Below are positions 57,229 through 64,000 of a DNA stretch of 64,000 nt, piece after piece; positions within the stretch are counted from its first letter, which is position 1, and every line of letters starts with the position of its first letter. This DNA is from a virus, in the IMG/VR virus record IMGVR_UViG_3300006990_004842, positions 1 through 64,000 of that record. The stretch is one strand, 5' to 3'. The position numbers were made by a program, and so were the translations under genes. The notes below the pieces were generated by a model. The model was not told the origin of the DNA and made no database searches. It was given only the letters and a program-made list of their open reading frames with translations.

Positions 57229-58550
57229 TAAATTTCAGCTCTGCCCAATGGCTCCTCTTCAGGACCAGCACTTGCAGGAATATTATCTTCTAAGTCACCC
57301 TCAGGTTCGCCTAGTCCCATATCGCCAGTATCTAAATCGTCGCCGCCTAAATCACCAGTGTCAGCCATTGCTCCACCTGCTACAAAACCTTCTCCTGAAA
57401 GTTCTGCAACTGCTTGATCAAAGCCTGTTTTAATTGCTTTTGTTGCTTCTAAGTGCTGAGACAACAATCCGTTAATGTTATCTGAAAAACTAACTGCTTT
57501 GTCTCCGCCCATTTCGCCACGTACTTGATCAGCAATAGCAGGCAAGTCTTCGTTCATCATACGACCTAATCTTTCTACTTGATCTTGAATATCATCTGCT
57601 AATGCACGTACAGCCATAACAACTTCTGCTTCTTCAACGTTTACTTCTTCAGAAATCATTTCACTTAAGATATCATCAAACATGCTATTAAATTCTTCTT
57701 TAACGTTTGATTTTTTTGATTCTGTTTTATTCATTGCATCTGTAACTTCTTCAGGTTTCATACCTAATTCTTTAGCAATGTCTTCGATACTTTTTCCGTC
57801 TTTCTTTAGTTTATGCATGTATTGAATACTGTCATTTAATTTTCTTTCTGCAATTTTGCGACCAAACATTTGAATACCACTTACAACTGCATCTTCTTCG
57901 AGACCATTAAGGAAACCAACCACTGAGTCTCTGCTTTTACCTGATACTTCTGCAAATTTACCTAACGTTTCTTCGATAGCATCGTAACTGCTAGTGTCAA
58001 CAATTTCAACACCAATCTCTTTAGCAAGTTCTGATAATAGACGTTCATTAAGATCGCTGTCTATACTTTCTGCACTTGCCATAACAGCACCGCTACCACA
58101 TTCATCCATGTAGTCTTTTGCCGCTTTGATAACAATAGTCTTTGCTGTGTCATCGTCGTAAGCAAAACGATTGTCCATTCTGTAACGGTTCATGCATTCT
58201 GTACATGCTTCATCCATTGTATAACCGCTGTCCATAAGTTGTCTTACACTGTCAGAAATCATGCCTTTCATTTCCATATATGCAGGTGATTCTGCATACA
58301 TGCCTTCTGCTAACATGACGTCTATTGCATCTCTAATACCTAAAAATTTTGCATATTCAGGTTCTAGTTGAAACTTTTTATTGCTGTTGCGAAGTTTGAC
58401 TACGGCCAAATTAGCAGTTTCTTTTAACTCAAGCAACTTTCTCTTTGGCAAAAATGCCTTCTTAAAAGAAACACCAAACTCTTCGCCCAACACTTTTGAT
58501 ATTTTGCCTAGTTTGGAACTAGGTGTTGGATTTAATTGATTTAATAACAT
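57228..58550 (-). CDS. acidic helical protein, probable prohead core/scaffold type
   Basis: Glu-rich, many (I/L)xE sites, EEAEVVMA..D..E.L..M..EDLP; TAAATA at 58583-88. Confidence 0.55.
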   Translation of the reverse strand: MLLNQLNPTPSSKLGKISKVLGEEFGVSFKKAFLPKRKLLELKETANLAVVKLRNSNKKFQLEPEYAKFLGIRDAIDVMLAEGMYAESPAYMEMKGMISDSVRQLMDSGYTMDEACTECMNRYRMDNRFAYDDDTAKTIVIKAAKDYMDECGSGAVMASAESIDSDLNERLLSELAKEIGVEIVDTSSYDAIEETLGKFAEVSGKSRDSVVGFLNGLEEDAVVSGIQMFGRKIAERKLNDSIQYMHKLKKDGKSIEDIAKELGMKPEEVTDAMNKTESKKSNVKEEFNSMFDDILSEMISEEVNVEEAEVVMAVRALADDIQDQVERLGRMMNEDLPAIADQVRGEMGGDKAVSFSDNINGLLSQHLEATKAIKTGFDQAVAELSGEGFVAGGAMADTGDLGGDDLDTGDMGLGEPEGDLEDNIPASAGPEEEPLGRAEI

Positions 58551-58615
58551 AGTGGTTTCCTATTCATAACTGTAATAGTACTTATTTATCATTTTATTGA
58601 GAATTGTGAAAGGAC

Positions 58616-59068
58616 TTAGAATAGGTTTTGTACATTGCTTAAGGCATATTTCTGCCTTAATACAGTTTCTATGAGTCTGTGACGTGTGGCTTCAAACTTA
58701 AAAGCGTCTTTTGTGGTCTTCATAGTGTGTCTATAAAACATGCATTCGTTTTTTGCATCAACATATTTGTTTATAAGCTCTTGTGGCTTTCTAAACATAC
58801 CACCGTCTCTAATAGTCTGTTGGTGCAATTTCTTGCTGTTTAGACGCACACAGAGCACGTTAGCAAGTTTTTTAGTGGGAATGTAGGTCAATACTACCCT
58901 TTTGGTTATAGCCTCTAAAATTTGATACATTTCTATGGACTTGTCATAGGAAATCACAAAGACACCACGTTTAGCAACATTTTGTGCTATCTTGTCTAAC
59001 TTTTTACCTATAACTCTTTTATTCAATTTTACTTTTTTGTGGGTAGACCTTGAAACCAACGATATCAT
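58616..59068 (-). CDS. basic hypothetical protein (start uncertain)
   Basis: Continuous ORF within the operon. Confidence 0.55.
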   Translation of the reverse strand: MISLVSRSTHKKVKLNKRVIGKKLDKIAQNVAKRGVFVISYDKSIEMYQILEAITKRVVLTYIPTKKLANVLCVRLNSKKLHQQTIRDGGMFRKPQELINKYVDAKNECMFYRHTMKTTKDAFKFEATRHRLIETVLRQKYALSNVQNLF

Positions 59069-59243
59069 TTTTTCTGACCTTTTGTAGTATGTTTCTACAA
59101 TACATGTCTTCTGCCATGTATCTTGTTCTCTCGTCAAATTTATTTATTGGACAAAACTTTTCAAAATCTATTTTATTGAACAGGCGAGTCTCATCTCTGG
59201 TGATGAAACTTAAATTACCATTTTTGCATTTAACTGCTTTCAT
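59019..59243 (-). CDS. small hypothetical protein
   Basis: Starts 2 nt after the previous stop. Confidence 0.55.
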   Translation of the reverse strand: MKAVKCKNGNLSFITRDETRLFNKIDFEKFCPINKFDERTRYMAEDMYCRNILQKVRKNDIVGFKVYPQKSKIE

Positions 59244-59245
59244 GT

Positions 59246-59800
59246 TTAACCGCCGGCATGCATTGCGGCCATATGTGCTTTATATTTTTTAGTGCCTTTC
59301 TTATGTGGGCTTTTACCTTCGTCTAAACCTAATTCTGCTATAGCATCTTCTATTGCTTTTCCTGTGTCTCTGCCACGATAAAACTCTGGCATGTTATCAG
59401 ACATAAATGATTCTATTTCATCTTTGCTTTCGAAGTTATCTAAACCTTTTTCATTAACTAATGCAACTAATATACTTACAGCCTGTTCTCTTTTGGGATT
59501 GCTTTCAGACACTTTCTTTTTCTTAGAAAACACAGAAGGATTTTGGCGTCTGTGCAGTTTGCCCATTGGCATGGCAAAACTTCCTATTGCTCCGGCTACT
59601 GTTTCTTTTAATGATTCTACGATTTCAAAATCATCATCTGATGTACCACTATAACGTGATGCTCCTACAGCACCTGATTTGATCCTGGCCTTTTGTTTGG
59701 CACTATTGTCGCTCATAGCCGTAACATGATATACTTTACCAGTTTTTTTATGCTTTACTTTGTAGTGCTTAAATGATTCTGTTAGGTCTGAAATCTTCAT
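59246..59800 (-). CDS. modular basic late protein (putative head-internal)
   Basis: MKISDLTE tag 5 nt after TAAATA; terminal EGKSPHKKGTKKYKAHMAAMHA module. Confidence 0.7.
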   Translation of the reverse strand: MKISDLTESFKHYKVKHKKTGKVYHVTAMSDNSAKQKARIKSGAVGASRYSGTSDDDFEIVESLKETVAGAIGSFAMPMGKLHRRQNPSVFSKKKKVSESNPKREQAVSILVALVNEKGLDNFESKDEIESFMSDNMPEFYRGRDTGKAIEDAIAELGLDEGKSPHKKGTKKYKAHMAAMHAGG

Positions 59801-59811
59801 AATAGTATTTA

Positions 59812-60978
59812 TCAATCATAAGATACGTTGGGAATAGAATAACCTAAACTGTTTAAGCCGTTAATAACTTGGTTTGCATAGTATGTAGCATTTGCTCCAG
59901 CAATCACATCAGTTTCAACACGTACTTCTACGTTTGCTCTATCACTAAGTCCTGCTGTACCACTGTAATTACCAGTACCATTTATAACAGCATTAACATA
60001 ATCTTTATATCCGCCATAACTACCAGGCCCTGTGTTTACTTGGAACAACACACTTCTAAAATATGAACTGCTATTTGCTGTTTCTGCAGTTGCTATTGTA
60101 CTTCTCAGTGAAGTAATATCAGTGGTATGTTGAGTAGTTGGGTTAGTTGGATACGTACTAGTTGCACCATACGGTGAGTTTTCATCTGAGAATACCAAAT
60201 TAATGACCTGCGTAACATTTGAATTTGAACCCATTGTTTCCATTTGGCTCCATACTCTTTCATTGCCTTCTTCTGTGAATGAAACATTATTATCATAAGC
60301 ATCACCGTCGTCATCATAAAAAGGTAATAATGCATTTTTAAGTACATCATTTTTCATAGTACGTAAAGGTGTTAACGAACTATTCATACTACCACTGCTG
60401 TCAAAGAATATATTGATTTCTGTTTGCGTATCAATTTGATTTTGCGGTGCGGCAAACAATGTGCCACCTGAATATAAAATCATTACTCTTGCTGTACCCG
60501 AAGTTGCACCACCTTGTGTTACTGTGCTTCTCAATGTTGTTCTATTACTGTAAAGATAGTTTGTTTCATCAACTGTAGAAACTGTGGGATCAAAATGTGT
60601 AAACAATCTATCAGGATCTGCACTATCACCAATAGTAATATTTGTATTAGCATCAGCACCAGCCCAATTTGTTAATGCTTCTATACTAACACTTAAAACT
60701 GTTGTGTTAGCAGGAACAACTATCATATTAGTAGTACTGCTATCATAAGAAATAACGTTGCTAAATGTTCTATTAATGTTTATACTTTCCAATTGAGAAA
60801 GTGTTTGTGCCTGGTCTGCATTTTCACCGGGTGCTACTTTTGCTCTGTTGAGATCGTTGTTTCTATCAAACAGAGAAATGTCATCATCACTGGAAACAAT
60901 AGTTGCTTGATATTCTCTACCAAGTTCAATATTTCCACTTACACCAGTTATGCCATAATTTTTAACTGAATCTACCAT
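59812..60978 (-). CDS. virion protein paralogue C fused to vWA-like domain
   Basis: MVDSVKNYGITGVSGNIELG N-terminal half like 18315; FFDSSGSM MIDAS motif, later FSDE. Confidence 0.65.
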   Translation of the reverse strand: MVDSVKNYGITGVSGNIELGREYQATIVSSDDDISLFDRNNDLNRAKVAPGENADQAQTLSQLESININRTFSNVISYDSSTTNMIVVPANTTVLSVSIEALTNWAGADANTNITIGDSADPDRLFTHFDPTVSTVDETNYLYSNRTTLRSTVTQGGATSGTARVMILYSGGTLFAAPQNQIDTQTEINIFFDSSGSMNSSLTPLRTMKNDVLKNALLPFYDDDGDAYDNNVSFTEEGNERVWSQMETMGSNSNVTQVINLVFSDENSPYGATSTYPTNPTTQHTTDITSLRSTIATAETANSSSYFRSVLFQVNTGPGSYGGYKDYVNAVINGTGNYSGTAGLSDRANVEVRVETDVIAGANATYYANQVINGLNSLGYSIPNVSYD

Positions 60979-61556
60979 TATTTTTTCTTCCCACCTTTCA
61001 TGTTAGCACACCAGTGATACATTTTACCACGTTCACCACTGTACTTTTTTGCTTTTGCTCTTAAACTTGTTACAGAACCTTTACAACTGGCTCCTGCTTT
61101 TTTAACTCTGCCCGGTCTGCTTTTGCCTTTTTTCTTACCGTCAGCAAAGTTTTCGTCTAATTTACTTGCGTCTATATACCAAACTTTTGCTTTGCCTTTT
61201 GTACTAATAAGTCCTATAAGTCGTGTGTTGCCTGCTATAAGTTCTAATTTACCGTTTGGCATTTTCATCACAATAGGCATTTCTATTGTACCTGACTTCA
61301 TTGCTTTTTTCAATCTTTGAACTTTTTCAGGTTCTAAATCTGCAAGTGTCTCTGATCCATCTGCGCCAGTGTTGCCTATCTTCTTTACAATATTACTATT
61401 TACATTAGCAACTTTACCAGTCTGTGCTAATTCTATCCATCCATCTTTACCTAACTTGTCTAAGAACGGATAGCGATTTGCTTCTTCCCATTCTAGATCA
61501 AACTGTGGCTCAGCAAAGTTTTCATCTAGTATACTTATAATTTCACTTATCAGCAT
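60978..61556 (-). CDS. ParB/Srx-like domain plus basic module
   Basis: MLISEI tag; PIV...LIAGNTRL; ENFADGKKKGKSRPGR...HWCANM. Confidence 0.65.
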   Translation of the reverse strand: MLISEIISILDENFAEPQFDLEWEEANRYPFLDKLGKDGWIELAQTGKVANVNSNIVKKIGNTGADGSETLADLEPEKVQRLKKAMKSGTIEMPIVMKMPNGKLELIAGNTRLIGLISTKGKAKVWYIDASKLDENFADGKKKGKSRPGRVKKAGASCKGSVTSLRAKAKKYSGERGKMYHWCANMKGGKKK

Positions 61557-62274
61557 CGTCGATGTCCTTTTTCAAATCATCTAAGTCTGCTTCTATATCA
61601 TATAGTCTAAACTTATTTACTTTGTCTTCTTGTCCTGGTTTTAACTCAGGATGAAATTTCATTTCAACTATTCTAGCATCTTTCTTTATAGACTTACCAT
61701 CCACTAATACTTCAACTTCAAATGGTACATGTTTTTCATACCAATATGCCATCTCATATCCGCCATCGTCTAATAATTTTACTAATAGTCCTCTGTCGTA
61801 ATCTTTTTCTTCTGCTTTGAGTACTTTCATTTCACCACGTGGTAAATTCAAAGCAATGTTCCTATCACCTGATGTAGGTTTATCTTCTTTTACTTTTTCA
61901 TTTTTGACACAGTTAGGCACACGTTTTCCAAACATGGTTTTCATGCCCTTCTTCTTGTAGCCTTTCCAACATTTTTCAACTATTGTTTCTACAATGCTTG
62001 GGTCTATTTCTTGTGCTGTAAATTGTTGCATCAATTCAACAATGTCATCATCGTGATCTAAAATTTTATAATCAGCATCAACTATGAGTGCTACATTGTC
62101 TTCGTAACCATGATTCTCACCACTAAGTACATGCATTCCATTACTTAATTCTATATGGTCTTCTTGGTTGACCCATTGATGAATAACTGATTCTACTTCT
62201 TCATGTGGCAGTTTACCTAACTTAGGTGCTGTATTAAGAGTAGTTAAATCTTCTATGATTTCGTTAATAAGCAT
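61543..62274 (-). CDS. modular late protein
   Basis: MLINEIIE tag; EKCWKGYKKKGMK...VPNCVK module. Confidence 0.7.
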   Translation of the reverse strand: MLINEIIEDLTTLNTAPKLGKLPHEEVESVIHQWVNQEDHIELSNGMHVLSGENHGYEDNVALIVDADYKILDHDDDIVELMQQFTAQEIDPSIVETIVEKCWKGYKKKGMKTMFGKRVPNCVKNEKVKEDKPTSGDRNIALNLPRGEMKVLKAEEKDYDRGLLVKLLDDGGYEMAYWYEKHVPFEVEVLVDGKSIKKDARIVEMKFHPELKPGQEDKVNKFRLYDIEADLDDLKKDIDDADK

Positions 62275-62278
62275 GTTA

Positions 62279-63433
62279 CTACATCATGTCCTTGTACTTG
62301 TCTTTGAATATTTTCCAAGACTCTTGTTCATCATACATCCATTTAGGATCTTTGCGTTTTTCTTGAAACCAATGTGTAAAGTTTTCAATAGGACTCTGGT
62401 TTCGATTATATTTCCATTCATTATCTAATTCGCGTCTAGCAGGTACCATAACATCTAACATGCCATCTCCCGAGTCTTTTCTAGGATTCTTAAAGATGTC
62501 ATGATTTCTCTGAAACGTTTGGCTTCTACCCCTTCTAGGATTATTAGATCTTTTGTAAGTTTTGATATCTTCAGCAGTGTGTGCAAAAGTTTCCATTATG
62601 GAATCTAACTTTGCTTCAACCTTGATTGCTTTTACATACTTTTTATTTAATTCTAAGACAACATCTAATCTATGGTGACCGTTTATTAATACATTGTTTT
62701 CATCAATTATTAAAGGGTCGTAATTATTACTAGTAATTTTTTCAAATGCCTTTTTATGCATTTTTTTAGATCTGTCTTTTTGTACAGTGACTATACTTTC
62801 AGTTTTTATAAAACCTTTTTTATATGATATGTTTGCATCTAGTAAATCTTGTTCATTAATTTGAGGCATGTCTTTTCTTTCATACACGCCTTTGCCAAAG
62901 TCAAATCCACTGCTTGATTTCTTTTTCTTCTTTTTCTTTTTAGAATTTTTACTAGGACGTAATCCATAAGCAAAAAAGTGTCCTACGCCACGTGGTTCTG
63001 CAGTAGGGGTGGAGTCAGGGGAATTCGAATCGCCAGTATCGGCAACTCCGGAATCTGCAGACCCGCTGTCTCCACTTGAACCTGTTGAACCGCCATCACC
63101 ACCAGCACTTGCACCAGCACCAGCACCAGCACCAGCACCAGCACCAGCACCAGCACCCGCACCACCGCCTCCGGCTTCAGCATCTATACGTGATTGCGAA
63201 CGTACTTGTTGCTTATTTTCTTGTTCCCAACGTTGAATAAGTGCTCTTGCATCACGTGCCATAACATGGAATCTTGCTTGAAGCTCACGTTGTATTTGTA
63301 CTTTACCCATGCCTCGTTGTACAAGTTTTGATATTACATCGGTGTACACCGAATAATCATGCATTCCGTACTTGTCGTAAGTGAGGTCTGGAAACCTCAT
63401 ATCGCCTTCTCTAAAAAATTCGTTTAATTTCAT
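62279..63433 (-). CDS. modular late protein with (GA)n linker and ParB-like domain
   Basis: MKLNEF tag; R.DMPQI; PLIID...INGHHRL. Confidence 0.65.
   Translation of the reverse strand: MKLNEFFREGDMRFPDLTYDKYGMHDYSVYTDVISKLVQRGMGKVQIQRELQARFHVMARDARALIQRWEQENKQQVRSQSRIDAEAGGGGAGAGAGAGAGAGAGAGASAGGDGGSTGSSGDSGSADSGVADTGDSNSPDSTPTAEPRGVGHFFAYGLRPSKNSKKKKKKKKSSSGFDFGKGVYERKDMPQINEQDLLDANISYKKGFIKTESIVTVQKDRSKKMHKKAFEKITSNNYDPLIIDENNVLINGHHRLDVVLELNKKYVKAIKVEAKLDSIMETFAHTAEDIKTYKRSNNPRRGRSQTFQRNHDIFKNPRKDSGDGMLDVMVPARRELDNEWKYNRNQSPIENFTHWFQEKRKDPKWMYDEQESWKIFKDKYKDMM
63111..63164. repeat. (GCACCA)n hexanucleotide tandem repeat
   Basis: Seven perfect units, GCACCC, then GCACCA; encodes Gly-Ala repeats on the minus strand. 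Confidence 0.92.
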
Positions 63434-63975
63434 TCTGATAACCTTATAACCCCACAGCCAACTCTGTCACCAGCGTTTCCTGTTTTCAAACTTTCCTCGT
63501 CACCACCTTTGCCTAAATCATCTACATCAGCATGTACAACTATTGCTCTGCCTACAACACTTCGATCGCCATGTAAATCAACACGTGGTAATACTAAATC
63601 TATTTTTGCAACACCACTATCATCTGCAACAATATTGCCTAAGTCGCCTACATGGCCTTCTTTGATATTGCCATGATCGACTCCGTCTGGATTGTAGTGT
63701 GGTCCTGCACTTGCACAACCGTCACTTAAATCACCAAACTCATGTATGTGAAATCCATGCTCACCAGGTTCAAGTCCACTTACTTCACCCACTAACATTG
63801 TAGGCTGACCTGGATTTTGCTTAAACAAAAAATGTCCTACAACATCACCCTCTGTGTGTTCTAGTTCGCATTTTGCTTTGATTGTTTGTTCTGCTTCTTG
63901 TAAACCTTTGATACCTGCACAATCACAACCTTTTGCTTTTGTTCTAGGGCAACTTTTTACTTGTGAAAATTTCAT
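63430..63975 (-). CDS. sodC: Cu/Zn superoxide dismutase
   Basis: HGFHIHEFGD, C.SAGPHYNP, HVGDLGNI, RAIVVH, TGNAG.R..CGVI. Confidence 0.95.
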   Translation of the reverse strand: MKFSQVKSCPRTKAKGCDCAGIKGLQEAEQTIKAKCELEHTEGDVVGHFLFKQNPGQPTMLVGEVSGLEPGEHGFHIHEFGDLSDGCASAGPHYNPDGVDHGNIKEGHVGDLGNIVADDSGVAKIDLVLPRVDLHGDRSVVGRAIVVHADVDDLGKGGDEESLKTGNAGDRVGCGVIRLSE

Positions 63976-64000
63976 TATACTGTTCCCTTATTAAGTGTTA

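Noticed and set aside
1-64000. Bacterial chromosome, or a phage with a recoded genetic code
   Set aside because: Host-like genes are isolated among phage genes with T4-type late promoters. Conserved genes are full length in the standard code and all three stop codons are used.

Overview
AT-rich, very gene-dense segment of a large tailed phage (myovirus, distantly T4-like, probably marine with a proteobacterial host). It is not a cellular chromosome. Phage evidence: T4-type late promoter cores (A/T)TAAATA before many genes, sigma70-like early promoters, a PAAR spike, an Mtd-N-type structural protein, nrdA/nrdB/glutaredoxin, a Cas4-like exonuclease, a SleB hydrolase and four CCA-encoding tRNAs. 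Host-derived genes include iscU, a ferritin-like protein, bS21, clpX, queD, uvsE, alternative oxidase, def, a GH6 glucanase, a Mesh1-like HD hydrolase and Cu/Zn SOD. Patterns the gene list does not explain: (1) about ten late proteins share an N-terminal M-(K/L/I)-(L/I/F)-x-(E/D/Q)-hydrophobic tag and look like Glu-cleaved modular capsid cargo, among them the SOD and two ParB-like proteins; an adjacent nucleotidyltransferase fusion carries a related recurring LAGI motif; (2) at least 12 late genes have TAAATA only 5-6 nt before ATG (leaderless), in a genome that encodes an elongated bS21; (3) six glycosyltransferase-like paralogues and five SGNH-like paralogues are dispersed through the window; (4) three candidate structured ncRNAs, a T4-style RBS-occluding hairpin, a coupled chain of micro-ORFs, an 11-mer-repeat lipoprotein and a Cys-less radical-SAM-like protein. 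All calls come from reading motifs by eye; no database searches were run.
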